DNA of 32,000 nucleotides from Nostoc punctiforme PCC 73102 (GTDB taxonomy: Bacteria; Cyanobacteriota; Cyanobacteriia; Cyanobacteriales; Nostocaceae), in NCBI RefSeq assembly GCF_000020025.1, contig NC_010628.1, positions 4,950,001-4,982,000 of the forward strand, given 5' to 3'. This document shows positions 1-8,800 of this stretch, one piece after another (positions within the stretch are counted from its first letter, which is position 1; each line of letters opens with the position of its first letter). The notes below the pieces were generated by a model. The model was not told the DNA's origin and did no database searches. It saw nothing but the letters and a program-made list of their open reading frames with translations. Made by a program: the position numbers and the translations under genes.

Positions 1-739
1 TCACGCTAGTAGCTGATGCCGGAGCAAAAAAAGCACCACCCGTCTGCATCAATTCCACAATTTCTGCGCCACCATTGCGGGTTCTTTCTATCAAGCGTTC
101 AATTGTGGCTGCATCCAGCAATTCCGTGATGGGAATGCCGTTGACGGTAGCATAACGAGATAAAGGCACCATTAAATCGCCGTGGCTACCCAATACCATC
201 GCTTTGACATCGGCAGGCAAAACGCCCAATTCTAGGGCAATGAAGGCTTCAAAACGGGCAGAATCTAACACGCCAGCCATACCCATAATGCGATCGCGTG
301 GTAAACCTGTAGCTTGCCAAGCTAAATAAGTCATCACATCCAACGGATTGGTGACGACAATAAAAATAGCATTGGGAGAATGAGCGATCGCATTTTTTGC
401 CGCTTCCACCACAATCTTGGCATTAGTTTTCAGCAAATCATCCCGACTCATCCCTGGTTTGCGGGGAAGTCCTGCGGTAATCACCACAATTTGAGAACCA
501 GATGTATCAGCATAATTATTTGTGCCGATAATCTGGCGATTATGTATTTCAATTCCCCTGGCTTCCATCAAATCCAGCGCCAAACCTTGAGGCATTCCCG
601 CAATAATATCTAGTAAAACTACATCTGCCAGATTTTTCTCTGCAACACGTTGAGCTAAAGTACTACCAACCCTACCCGCACCTACGATAGTGACACGGGG
701 TAAATTACAAGCAATTGGGGAGTTAGGGGAAGAAGACAT
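1..739 (-). CDS. mdh: Malate dehydrogenase (LDH-like MDH family); C-terminal part cut by the window edge
   Basis: My own reverse-strand translation from the ATG at 737-739 reads [62 protein letters not shown]...[19 protein letters not shown]...[12 protein letters not shown]...[11 protein letters not shown]. It has an N-terminal Rossmann GxGxxG and MDH/LDH signature blocks. It is absent from the ORF track because there is no stop codon inside the window. Confidence 0.85.
   Translation of the reverse strand, partial: MSSSPNSPIACNLPRVTIVGAGRVGSTLAQRVAEKNLADVVLLDIIAGMPQGLALDLMEARGIEIHNRQIIGTNNYADTSGSQIVVITAGLPRKPGMSRDDLLKTNAKIVVEAAKNAIAHSPNAIFIVVTNPLDVMTYLAWQATGLPRDRIMGMAGVLDSARFEAFIALELGVLPADVKAMVLGSHGDLMVPLSRYATVNGIPITELLDAATIERLIERTRNGGAEIVELMQTGGAFFAPASATSV
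290..297. repeat. HIP1 (highly iterated palindrome GCGATCGC); one example of many
   Basis: Exact GCGATCGC here and also at 384-391, 1862-1869, 3251-3258, 3314-3321, 6386-6393, 6441-6448, 6796-6803, 7377-7384 and 8118-8125. I counted more than 30 in the window by eye. This is a cyanobacterial genome signature. Confidence 0.9.
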
Positions 740-774
740 AATTATTCAAGTGCGATTTTATCAACAAGAATCCA

Positions 775-810
775 GAGTCAGAATAAATGCTAAATTCTGA
801 ATTCTGACTC
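775..810. repeat. 10-bp inverted repeat (gagtcagaat / attctgactc) between the mdh start and the ndhO stop
   Basis: Arms at 775-784 and 801-810 are exact reverse complements, embedded in GAATTCT/GACTCCT heptamer-like sequence. It may act as a hairpin at the ndhO 3' end, but no clear T-run follows. Confidence 0.5.
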
Positions 811-825
811 CTGAATTCTTCCTTA

Positions 826-1041
826 TTATTTAAACTCTTCCAGTTGATCCACACGTAACCAAACGTTTGGTGTTGGCACTTTCCCGAACTTAATCAGGGC
901 GTAATCACCTTTAATATCTACAATTTCGCCCTTGCTATCAAACAAATAAGGAGGAAAGCGAGTATCACTGGCTTTTGCTTCCAGACTGTTTTCCAGTTTT
1001 TCGCGGATAGCGCGAACCATATCTCCCTTTTTAACTGCCAT
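826..1041 (-). CDS. ndhO: NAD(P)H-quinone oxidoreductase (NDH-1) subunit O
   Basis: ORF 826-1080. The sequence [70 protein letters not shown] matches the cyanobacterial NdhO pattern as I recall it. I prefer the internal ATG at 1039-1041 because the 13 upstream residues look like spacer. Confidence 0.75.
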   Translation of the reverse strand: MAVKKGDMVRAIREKLENSLEAKASDTRFPPYLFDSKGEIVDIKGDYALIKFGKVPTPNVWLRVDQLEEFK

Positions 1042-1135
1042 GAATTCCCCTCTCAAATTTCTAGATTGTTTTATCTGCATTTTAGGAGACTTCCGAATTA
1101 GAAGTAAAAATTCCTCCTATACGACGCAATTGTAC

Positions 1136-1155
1136 AGACGCGATTAATCGCGTCT
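1136..1155. repeat. Perfect 20-bp palindrome AGACGCGATTAATCGCGTCT, a member of a dispersed palindromic repeat family
   Basis: Exact self-complementarity. Related copies (AGACGCGATAAATCGCCGTCT type) occur at 5129-5154, 5246-5271, 22142-22167 and 22181-22206. The central TAA is the mutM stop codon. Confidence 0.85.
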
Positions 1156-2019
1156 CTCCCGATTCTCCACTCCCCGTAGCGTTTGACACTCAGAGCAAAA
1201 ATGACTAGATCGCCCAGCCAGCCTAATCCGTTGAATTGGCATACCACAAACTCGACAGGGTTCTCCAGCGCGATTATAAACCCACGCAACACCACCATAG
1301 TTGCCGTTAGTACCTTTAACATTTAGGAAATTACTAAATGTCGTACCACCAGCTTCAATGCTGGTTTCTAAAACTTGAATTATGGCTGTTCGCAAAAGCT
1401 CAATTTGTTTTAGCTGCAAATCTATACACAAAGTTTCAGGTAAAATTCCACTCTTAAACAGGGCTTCATCGGCATAAATGTTACCTAATCCAGCCACCAC
1501 CGATTGATCCAGTAACGCAGTCTTAATCGGACGGCGACGGTTTTTGAGTTTGCTTGCTAGATATTCAACACTGAATTCCGGCGAAAATGGATCTGCTGCC
1601 AGTTTTGCCAAACCAGTGATAATACTTTCTACAGCAACACCAGGCGGAACCCACCAAATTTTACCGAAGGTGCGCTGATCGACAAAACGTAATTCCTGCT
1701 GATCCCCAAAGAATAATCTAACCCGCGTGTGCTTATGTAATGGTTCATCTCGATGCAGCCATAGTAATTGACCGGTCATTCGCAGATGAACCCCTAGCCA
1801 ACTGGTTGAGCAAGGGGAAGAGAGTTCGGCCAGGAGATATTTACCGCGACGATGCCAAGTAGCGATCGCATTCTTTTCAATTCCATCAACAAACTCACCA
1901 ACAGAAAACGGGTAGGCGATGGTGCGATTGAGCAACACATCTCCACCCGTAATTTCTTGGTTAAGGGTCAATTGATTTAGACCCTTTCGGACTGTTTCAA
2001 CTTCAGGCAGTTCAGGCAT
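1144..2019 (-). CDS. mutM: Formamidopyrimidine-DNA glycosylase (Fpg/MutM)
   Basis: The N-terminus MPELPEVETVRKGL has the catalytic Pro2/Glu3. The C-terminus has the zinc finger CRVCGMPIQRIRLAGRSSHFCSECQ. At 291 aa the length is typical plus a short tail. Confidence 0.92.
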   Translation of the reverse strand: MPELPEVETVRKGLNQLTLNQEITGGDVLLNRTIAYPFSVGEFVDGIEKNAIATWHRRGKYLLAELSSPCSTSWLGVHLRMTGQLLWLHRDEPLHKHTRVRLFFGDQQELRFVDQRTFGKIWWVPPGVAVESIITGLAKLAADPFSPEFSVEYLASKLKNRRRPIKTALLDQSVVAGLGNIYADEALFKSGILPETLCIDLQLKQIELLRTAIIQVLETSIEAGGTTFSNFLNVKGTNGNYGGVAWVYNRAGEPCRVCGMPIQRIRLAGRSSHFCSECQTLRGVENRERRD

Positions 2020-2263
2020 TTAAGCTGATTAAGCAGACAATTTTGATGTACTTGGGGGTTCAAATAAAGAAGAGATGGGATACTAACTTACACATCCGTA
2101 GATGGCTCGTATTATTACCCAAAAGAAACCGTGAATACCCGCAGGGCGGCTCTCATAGATTAGGGTAGGCTAGGGTGAAGAATGAATGAACTGAAATTTT
2201 CAGATTTCATACTTCAGACTACCCTTCATCATCGCATCAAACAACCCCCTTGTAGCTTTGCTG

Positions 2264-2479
2264 CTATTTTTTAGCTGGTTTAGCCTTTGGTGCTTCAACC
2301 TCGACTAATTCATCTTGGGCAAAGTTGTTGGTATTGATACCAGAGTAATTGACCTTTTCAAAGCGGACAATTACAGGGTATTTGATGCCGCTTTGGTCAA
2401 TGGAAGCCACAGTTCCTAGATCCTGAAACCAGTAGGATTCAGGGCGGAGAATACGTACTTTAGAACCACGTTGAACCAT
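2264..2479 (-). CDS. psaE: Photosystem I reaction centre subunit IV (PsaE)
   Basis: [61 protein letters not shown] is the canonical PsaE SH3-like sequence. Confidence 0.95.
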   Translation of the reverse strand: MVQRGSKVRILRPESYWFQDLGTVASIDQSGIKYPVIVRFEKVNYSGINTNNFAQDELVEVEAPKAKPAKK

Positions 2480-2763
2480 GATTATTTTCCCTTTTAGTTA
2501 TCAATCGCCAATCTAGAGGGCTAATTGATTTCACTCTACAACCTGAAGGTCGCGGCAGGAGTATTTGTTAAGTTATTTGTCTGAATTGGTACTGGGGAAT
2601 GGCGCACAAGAGGTAGAGGGGAGGGGTAAGGGGAGAATTCAAATTATCTCTTTTCCTTCTCCTCTACTCCCCACTCTCCAAAAAATTTAAAAAGGTATCA
2701 GACCCTACTTGACAAGGTGGACATTATAGTTTAGCCTCATTCGCAAACAGTATTTTTGTACAT

Positions 2764-3348
2764 TTATGTTTTACTCAATATAAACACGCTCCCCTCGTTA
2801 CCTCTGCCAATCCGCAGATCGTTATCTATATAGGTGATATCTAACCAGCCTTGCTGTTTATCACTCTTGATTGCAAAATCAATTCCCGCAAATTTTTTAC
2901 CTGCTTCAATTTGTTGGATAAAAGTTACCGGAGAATTGTATTCTATTAAACGTTGTAAGCCGATAATAGACCGCTCAAATTTCACTTGGACACGCCGACC
3001 TGAAACTGGCTCAAATTTAGCAGCAACGCTGACTAATCCTTCTAAATAAGGTAAGCCATAAATCTCAGCTATGTTGTAAACACTGGTAGTCTCTACCCGG
3101 ATACACTGATAGATTTGACCCAGTTTACAAAAAGGTAGACGATCTAAATTTAAAAGAGCCTTGCTAGTGGTGTATAGTAATCGCCAATTGCCATCTAGCA
3201 AATTACCAGCTTCCACCGGGCGGGGTGTAGGATTAAAGTCTTCTAAATTGGCGATCGCTGCTAAGATAGCCTGTTTCTGCGCTTCAGTCGCCAGTAGACC
3301 GCGATTTGTACCAGCGATCGCATCCATGAGAGCCGCTTTTCCCATCAT
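2764..3348 (-). CDS. PAP/fibrillin (plastid lipid-associated protein) family protein
   Basis: The N-terminal block K..L...IAGTNRGLLATEAQKQAILAAIANLEDFNPTPRP......LLDGNWRLLYTTS is the fibrillin family signature. Confidence 0.8.
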   Translation of the reverse strand: MMGKAALMDAIAGTNRGLLATEAQKQAILAAIANLEDFNPTPRPVEAGNLLDGNWRLLYTTSKALLNLDRLPFCKLGQIYQCIRVETTSVYNIAEIYGLPYLEGLVSVAAKFEPVSGRRVQVKFERSIIGLQRLIEYNSPVTFIQQIEAGKKFAGIDFAIKSDKQQGWLDITYIDNDLRIGRGNEGSVFILSKT

Positions 3349-3440
3349 CGCCTGTCACCTCTAAAATCAGTCACTTTCCATCAGCATAAACAAGATATTC
3401 ATAACCTATGTGTAGAGCCATAAAAATTACTAAGAATTGC

Positions 3441-3468
3441 TTGACTTAAGCCTTATGCCTATTAAATA
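3441..3468 (+). promoter_or_regulatory. Candidate sigma70-type promoter for the 3591 gene
   Basis: TTGACT at 3441-3446, a 16-nt spacer, then TAAATA at 3463-3468. This is sequence pattern only. Confidence 0.25.
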
Positions 3469-3590
3469 AAAAATTTCTATCTGAATGCGGATTTATTCAC
3501 TAAAGGGTTGAAAAGATAACTAAATAAATCCGTGCCAAGTGATAGACTCTAAATGTCAACTTACGTAAACCTTTTCTTGTCTTCTTTGAT

Positions 3591-3827
3591 ATGTTGAACT
3601 CTCCATTACGTGAAGAACCCCGTAATCAGCGAGCCCATGTCATCCCCCTCAAGCCAGAGTCCTCTTTGTTGGATTGGTTGGAAAATAAAGGTCGGATCAT
3701 AACACGTGACGTTCACGACCCGGATTTTCAAGATGGTGAAGAAGAAATAGACTCCCTAATGGGTGTAGAAGATGGGATTGGCTACGACCTTGATGATGAT
3801 GACGATATAGGAATCGCCGAGGATTAG
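3591..3827 (+). CDS. Small acidic conserved cyanobacterial protein, possibly DUF3134-type; function unknown
   Basis: 78-aa ORF. The N-terminus NSPLREEPRNQRAHVIPLKPESSLLDWLE is followed by a strongly acidic tail (DLDDDDDIGIAED). From memory it resembles a cyanobacteria-restricted DUF family. Confidence 0.6.
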   Translation: MLNSPLREEPRNQRAHVIPLKPESSLLDWLENKGRIITRDVHDPDFQDGEEEIDSLMGVEDGIGYDLDDDDDIGIAED

Positions 3828-3906
3828 CCTTTTAAGGCTAGGGACTTGGTAGTATCCCTAGCTACTAATATTCAATTTTATAAGTGTGGAGTGAAGGGAA
3901 ACTTCT

Positions 3907-4998
3907 GTGGACGCTAAATTATCTCCTGAGCAAGGACTAAATATTTCTGGAATCGCTCTAGCCTCTTTATTAGCCGTTGGGCTAGGCACAACAGCATTTT
4001 TCTTAGATTCGATGGCCAACAGGCTACCCTGGCAAAGTATGTCACTAACCCTGCCACTGCTGTTGTGTGCTATGGGTTCAGGTGTAGTTGGCTTTTGGGT
4101 AATACCTTTACTCCAAGCACTCAAAACTGGACAAATAATCCGCGAAGATGGGCCCCAAGCCCATCTAAAAAAAGCAGGCACTCCCACAATGGGAGGTATA
4201 TTCTTTATCCCTGTAGGTGTAATTATTGCCTGTATATTGTCTAATTTTGCTACAGATGTCCTTGCAGTTTCAGCATTGACAACCAGCTATGGATTTATTG
4301 GCTGGCTCGACGATTGGCAAATTCTGCGCCGGAAATCAAATAAAGGTATATCTCCCCGAACAAAACTTGCTTTGCAAGTGGGTTTTGCGGCAGTATTTTG
4401 CCTCTGGCTAATGTTTAATCAACCTTCTAATATTACAAATATTGCTTTACCTTGGGTAAGCTTCACACTACCATTAGGATTTCTATTTTGGCCACTAGCA
4501 GGTTTTGTGCTAGTTGCAGAAAGTAACGCGACTAATTTAACAGATGGTATTGATGGCTTGGCAGCCGGAACAGTAGCGATCGCACTTTTGGCATTAGGTG
4601 CCTTAATTGCACCTACAGCACCAGGGTTGATGGTTTTCTGTGCAGCTTTAAGTGGTGGTTGCTTAGGTTTCTTAGCCCATAATCGTAACCCAGCCCGCGT
4701 TTTCATGGGAGATACCGGTTCCCTCGCACTGGGAGGAGCATTAGCTGCTGTAGCGCTGTTGACAAACACCTTAGTAGCACTGTTCATTCTCAGTGGTATC
4801 TTCTTCGTAGAAACTCTTTCAGTAATGGCACAGGTAAGTTATTACAAAGCCACCAAAGGACCTGATGGCAAAGGCAAGCGCCTCTTTAAAATGGCACCCT
4901 TACACCATCATTTAGAACTCACTGGCTGGTCAGAATTGCAAGTGGTTGGAGTATTTTATGTCATCGCGGCTATTTTGGCTGCCATCTGCTTGGCGTAG
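3907..4998 (+). CDS. mraY: Phospho-N-acetylmuramoyl-pentapeptide transferase (MraY)
   Basis: Polytopic membrane protein with the motifs KKAGTPTMGG, NATNLTDGIDGLA, FMGDTGSLALGG and APLHHHLE. GTG start at 3907. Confidence 0.9.
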   Translation: MDAKLSPEQGLNISGIALASLLAVGLGTTAFFLDSMANRLPWQSMSLTLPLLLCAMGSGVVGFWVIPLLQALKTGQIIREDGPQAHLKKAGTPTMGGIFFIPVGVIIACILSNFATDVLAVSALTTSYGFIGWLDDWQILRRKSNKGISPRTKLALQVGFAAVFCLWLMFNQPSNITNIALPWVSFTLPLGFLFWPLAGFVLVAESNATNLTDGIDGLAAGTVAIALLALGALIAPTAPGLMVFCAALSGGCLGFLAHNRNPARVFMGDTGSLALGGALAAVALLTNTLVALFILSGIFFVETLSVMAQVSYYKATKGPDGKGKRLFKMAPLHHHLELTGWSELQVVGVFYVIAAILAAICLA

Positions 4999-5063
4999 GT
5001 GCAGCCCAACCCAGGCATCGCTCCATTCTGAATCATGTTTTGAGAAAATAGTAAAAGATAAAA

Positions 5064-5097
5064 AACAACTCCCTGAAGATGTGGGAGTTGTTTTTTT
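5064..5097 (+). terminator. Rho-independent terminator after mraY, probably bidirectional
   Basis: Stem aacaactccc (5064-5073) pairs with gggagttgtt (5083-5092) around a 9-nt loop. A T7 run follows and an A-run precedes. Confidence 0.65.
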
Positions 5098-5128
5098 ATA
5101 CGGGAAAAATTTTTATCCAAAACCCTCA

Positions 5129-5271
5129 TGTAGAGACGGCGATTTATCGCGTCTTGAAAGACCAATTATCTACACCAATAACCTTTAGCGTATTGCCTCA
5201 TATCTCACTCAATACGCTTGGGTTAAGCGCCACTTGTACAAAATCATGGGTTTTGAGACGCGATAAATCGC
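5129..5271. mobile_element. MITE-like unit: 26-bp perfect inverted repeats of the palindromic-repeat family, separated by 91 bp
   Basis: 5129-5154 (tgtagagacggcgatttatcgcgtct) is the exact reverse complement of 5246-5271. The interior carries a CAATACGCTTGGGTTAAGC block related to sequence at 22118-22137 and 27265-27283. It has no coding capacity. Confidence 0.6.
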
Positions 5272-5348
5272 CGTCTCTACAAGTTTTTTGGTCTTATCTG
5301 AACCGTATTGCGCTCTATTCTCGTTAGCGTAGCCCATTACGAATTATT

Positions 5349-7106
5349 TTAATCGTACCTATTTACATACTCCATAACCCGATTCTTCCCTGTTCGCTTT
5401 GCTTCAAGCATTGCTTGATTTGCTCGATTCAAAAAATCCTTAACTGTAATTCCTGATTCTGATACAGCTATTCCAAAAGAGGCAGTGATCCCTTGAAGGA
5501 TCTGATCGCCATCCCTCAATTGCATTTGTTCAACATCTACTCTTAATTGTTCTGCTCGCTTCCTAAGCACTTCCAGCGTCATATTAGGCATGACAATCAC
5601 AAATTCTTCACCACCCCATCTGCAAGGAATATCAAAAGAGCGAATAGATTTTAATAGCAGCTTTGCTAATTCCTGAATAACAATATTGGCAGTCACATGC
5701 CCATAGCGCGAGTTGTAAGATTTGAAGTTATCGATATCCAGAAAAATAACACTAAGAGGTTCTCCCGATCGTTCCGCTTCAGCTAGCCTTTGTTCAGTTA
5801 TAGTTTCCATATAGCTTTGATTGAATAGTTGGGTCATCCCATCCCGCAAATTCTCATGGGTAAGACGTTGTTTTATCGATAGATTATTTAGTGCAAAGCC
5901 TAAAGTTCTAGCAATAATCTCACTAATTTGTCGATCTTCTGGACTGATATTTTCAAGGGCATAAATGTGTAGAATTCCAACTACTTCGCCTTGTCCAAAC
6001 AATGGAACACACAAATGTGTACCGCTAACAGGCTGGATTAAATGACCGCATACCAGTCCTGATTTACCAGAAGAGAAAAGGTTGAATTTACCTCTCCGCA
6101 ATGCCCAACATTCAGATTGTGAAAATATTTCTTTACTGGTTCTGATTCTTTCATCTCCCCAAATACTATTCATCTGAACATAATTTTTAGAATTAGCAAT
6201 TATACAGATACAACCACTCATATCAGGAAACAGCTTGGAAAAGGTTAAAGCGACTGCTTGATACATCTCATCTTCAGACTCGCAGCAATAAAGCATATCT
6301 GCCATATCTGAGAGATATATAAGTTCCCGTTTTTTGGCTTCTAATTTCAGTGTTTTTTCTTCTAGTTGCCGATTTAGATCGGTGAGCGATCGCTGTGCTT
6401 CTATAGATTCTGTAATATCGATACTGATCCCACCGATGCGGCGATCGCCCGTTGCGCCATCGCTAAACGGAAACTTAAATGATAGCCAGTAGCATGGCTG
6501 ATTATTGCCAGGCATTTTTATCTCTTCAATCAGCTTTAAGGGGCGTAGAGTCTTCAAAACAACTCGATCGTTTTCCATTACCCGTCGCCCCTCTTCGGGA
6601 TCTGGTAAGAATTCACTATCCGTTTTCCCGAACCATTCTTGTGAATCTACTGAAAATCTAGACTGTATTTCCTGGTTATAGTAAAGCACTCTAGATTGCT
6701 CATCTTTGATATAGGCTCCAAACGGCCCTTGATCTAGAAATAGCCGTTGCATCTGCTGGCTGCGTTGAAGTTCGCGGGTATCTTCTTGATATTTGGCGAT
6801 CGCCTCTACAATTTGATAAGCCGTTGGCATTAAGTAGAGTAAGGCAGACAAAGAAACAAACGCCATTACATCAAGCACGACTAAGTGTAACAGCGACACT
6901 GCCAAATGTTTCTCAAAAATTGCCAAAAGGTGATGAAATCCGCAAAATAGTACGAATCCACCTGATAAGAAAAAGGCTAGCCAAAACTTAGGAGGGATAG
7001 TTGCCTTCGTTTTGGCAAAGAAAACCCCTATTATTATGGGGATACCAAAGTATGAAAATGCAGTAATGCTATGAGCAATTATGCAATTCCAGTAAATAGG
7101 TTCCAT
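5349..7106 (-). CDS. Membrane-anchored diguanylate cyclase: ethylene-binding-domain-like 3-TM module, then PAS, GAF and GGDEF
   Basis: The C-terminal GGDEF domain has an intact GGEEF and an I-site RSFD five residues upstream. A GAF-like block (ECWALRRG...CGH...CVPL..GEVVGIL) and a PAS-like block lie centrally. The N-terminal ~100 aa has three hydrophobic helices with YFGIP (aa 19-23) and CGFHH (aa 55-59). Confidence 0.88.
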   Translation of the reverse strand: MEPIYWNCIIAHSITAFSYFGIPIIIGVFFAKTKATIPPKFWLAFFLSGGFVLFCGFHHLLAIFEKHLAVSLLHLVVLDVMAFVSLSALLYLMPTAYQIVEAIAKYQEDTRELQRSQQMQRLFLDQGPFGAYIKDEQSRVLYYNQEIQSRFSVDSQEWFGKTDSEFLPDPEEGRRVMENDRVVLKTLRPLKLIEEIKMPGNNQPCYWLSFKFPFSDGATGDRRIGGISIDITESIEAQRSLTDLNRQLEEKTLKLEAKKRELIYLSDMADMLYCCESEDEMYQAVALTFSKLFPDMSGCICIIANSKNYVQMNSIWGDERIRTSKEIFSQSECWALRRGKFNLFSSGKSGLVCGHLIQPVSGTHLCVPLFGQGEVVGILHIYALENISPEDRQISEIIARTLGFALNNLSIKQRLTHENLRDGMTQLFNQSYMETITEQRLAEAERSGEPLSVIFLDIDNFKSYNSRYGHVTANIVIQELAKLLLKSIRSFDIPCRWGGEEFVIVMPNMTLEVLRKRAEQLRVDVEQMQLRDGDQILQGITASFGIAVSESGITVKDFLNRANQAMLEAKRTGKNRVMEYVNRYD

Positions 7107-7237
7107 TACCGATCTGATATTAGTATTTCATCCGTTGTGACTATAATTCTGGGTAGCCTCAATATGTAAGTGGATAAAGGATGATTTCAGGGCTTCATAC
7201 CTGAATTTTATGGTGGCTTTCTGAAAGCTTGCTCATT

Positions 7238-7744
7238 TCAAGCCTTACAAACCTGACTTACCAAGTGAGTGAGTTCGGGTAAAATCAGTTTTTCCATCGC
7301 CAGTCGCACAGCATTACTGGAACCAGGAAGCGAGAAGATTAATTTATCTTGATAAACACCAGCAACAGCGCGAGAAGCGATCGCTCGCGAACCAATTTCT
7401 TGATAACTTAAAAAACGGAATAGCTCACCAAATCCTGGCAAGGTTTTCTCCAATAACTTTTCAATGGCATCATAAGTAGTATCTCTTGGCGCAATACCTG
7501 TGCCACCATTAAAAATTACAGCATCCAAATTTGAGCTTTTACCCAAATTTTCTATTTGCTCTTGAATCTGTGTTGGTTCATCTTTGATAATCGTATAAGC
7601 TCCAACAGCATAGTTAGCACCAAAGAGTAACTGCTGAATTAGCTGGCCACTTTTGTCTGTTTCGGGTGTGCGTGTATCGCTGACAGTAACCACAGCGCAA
7701 GTTACCGTAATCCCAAGCAAATCTGGATGTGGTTGTTGTGTCAT
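7238..7744 (-). CDS. MogA/MoaB-family molybdenum cofactor biosynthesis protein
   Basis: 168 aa with the motifs [19 protein letters not shown] and LPGSSNAV, typical of the MoaB/MogA fold. Confidence 0.8.
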   Translation of the reverse strand: MTQQPHPDLLGITVTCAVVTVSDTRTPETDKSGQLIQQLLFGANYAVGAYTIIKDEPTQIQEQIENLGKSSNLDAVIFNGGTGIAPRDTTYDAIEKLLEKTLPGFGELFRFLSYQEIGSRAIASRAVAGVYQDKLIFSLPGSSNAVRLAMEKLILPELTHLVSQVCKA

Positions 7745-7845
7745 GGATTAAGGGTTTTAACTTTTGATAAAGGGCAATTGGGCACGGAGAATGGCGCATT
7801 GGACATGAAAAAATTACCTATGCCATTCGCCCTATGCCCTACACA

Positions 7846-8187
7846 CTATTTTTCAGCTTTGCTGAGTCCTAGATCGTTTTCTTCAGCATACCGTTCCATG
7901 AAGCGCATAAAGCGATCCCATTCTTGGGCAGATTTCATCACATAAAGTGCTTCTAATGCTTCCGGTTTCCCGTTGACAAATTTTGCCTTAACTTCACGGG
8001 TAATTATCTCTCCTTCTTCATCACTCAAGTACATTCCGGTGATGTCTTCGGTGCTACCTTGATCTAAAATTTTCGGATTCGTAAAAATAAACGTGGCTGT
8101 ACCACTGTCACCAGTGCGCGATCGCGTCAGCCGCACTTCTGGAATTACTACTTCGTCAAGACCTCTAGAAAACTGGATTTTCGCCAT
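7846..8187 (-). CDS. psb28: Photosystem II assembly factor Psb28
   Basis: [38 protein letters not shown]...[38 protein letters not shown] matches Psb28 (about 113 aa). Confidence 0.9.
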   Translation of the reverse strand: MAKIQFSRGLDEVVIPEVRLTRSRTGDSGTATFIFTNPKILDQGSTEDITGMYLSDEEGEIITREVKAKFVNGKPEALEALYVMKSAQEWDRFMRFMERYAEENDLGLSKAEK

Positions 8188-8290
8188 GATGAATGAACTT
8201 AAACTTTTGTGATGGTTAATTTAATATTCTCTCATCAATTAGAACTCCACTGTCTATAGGCTCCTGTTATTCTTTTTCTAGTGTATATAC

Positions 8291-8743
8291 TTAAATTGCC
8301 TTTTTGTCTAGTATTAAAGTCACAGGGCCATCATTTTCAATTGTAACTTTCATCATTGCACCAAATTGACCAATTTCCACTAGCAAACCACTAGCTCTTA
8401 ATTTGGTAACAAAACGATTATACAAATCTGCTGCTGATTGGGGAGGGGCTGAACGGTCAAAAGAAGGACGGCGGCCTTTGCGACAATCACCATAAAGGGT
8501 AAACTGACTGACTACTAATAAATCTCCACCAATTTCTTGCACAGATTTCTGCCAACGGTCGTCTCCTTCCTCGTCAGGAAACAGGCGCAATTCCAAAGAT
8601 TTACGTACCATCCAGTCAATTTCAGTATCGGTATCAGTATTAGCAATACCCACAAGTAAATTTAGCCCCCGCCCAATTTTGCCGACAATTTCACCGTTAA
8701 CTGTAACTTGAGATGATTTAACTCGCTGGATAACAACGCGCAT
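8291..8743 (-). CDS. dtd: D-aminoacyl-tRNA (D-Tyr-tRNA) deacylase
   Basis: MRVVIQRV...[18 protein letters not shown]... is the Dtd signature. I prefer the ATG at 8741-8743 over the ORF-track start at 8764, which is seven residues further upstream. Confidence 0.9.
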   Translation of the reverse strand: MRVVIQRVKSSQVTVNGEIVGKIGRGLNLLVGIANTDTDTEIDWMVRKSLELRLFPDEEGDDRWQKSVQEIGGDLLVVSQFTLYGDCRKGRRPSFDRSAPPQSAADLYNRFVTKLRASGLLVEIGQFGAMMKVTIENDGPVTLILDKKAI

Positions 8744-8800
8744 TTTAATTTCAACTTTCATCAACGTTTAAATTTTATAGCGATGTCTACGACGGGCTAT

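Noticed and set aside
380-613. 77-aa + strand ORF in the track
   Set aside because: It lies entirely antisense to the well-supported mdh reading frame, and its composition is odd (Cys/His/Arg-rich). It is a shadow ORF.
1098-1322. 74-aa minus-strand ORF overlapping the mutM 3' end
   Set aside because: It is out of frame with mutM, and part of it (RDAINRVCT) is simply the translated palindromic repeat. It is not a gene.
2610-2679. Purine-rich / pyrimidine-rich imperfect inverted repeat upstream of psaE
   Set aside because: Pairing needs many G-U pairs and would only work on the + strand transcript, whereas psaE is on the minus strand. It is probably another degenerate repeat, so I make no functional call.
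2834-3364. Two + strand ORFs (2834-3049, 3161-3364)
   Set aside because: Both are antisense to the fibrillin gene, which has a strong family signature. They are shadow ORFs.
3858-4787. Minus-strand ORFs 3858-4187 and 4419-4787
   Set aside because: Both are antisense to mraY and are Ala/Pro/Ser-rich, as is typical of antisense frames. I rejected them.
4946-5327. Three overlapping ORFs (4946-5188 +, 4956-5165 -, 5079-5327 +)
   Set aside because: They span the mraY terminator and the MITE-like inverted repeats. The peptides contain the repeat-derived strings (VETAIYRVL, RRDKSPSLQ), so they are repeat translations rather than genes.
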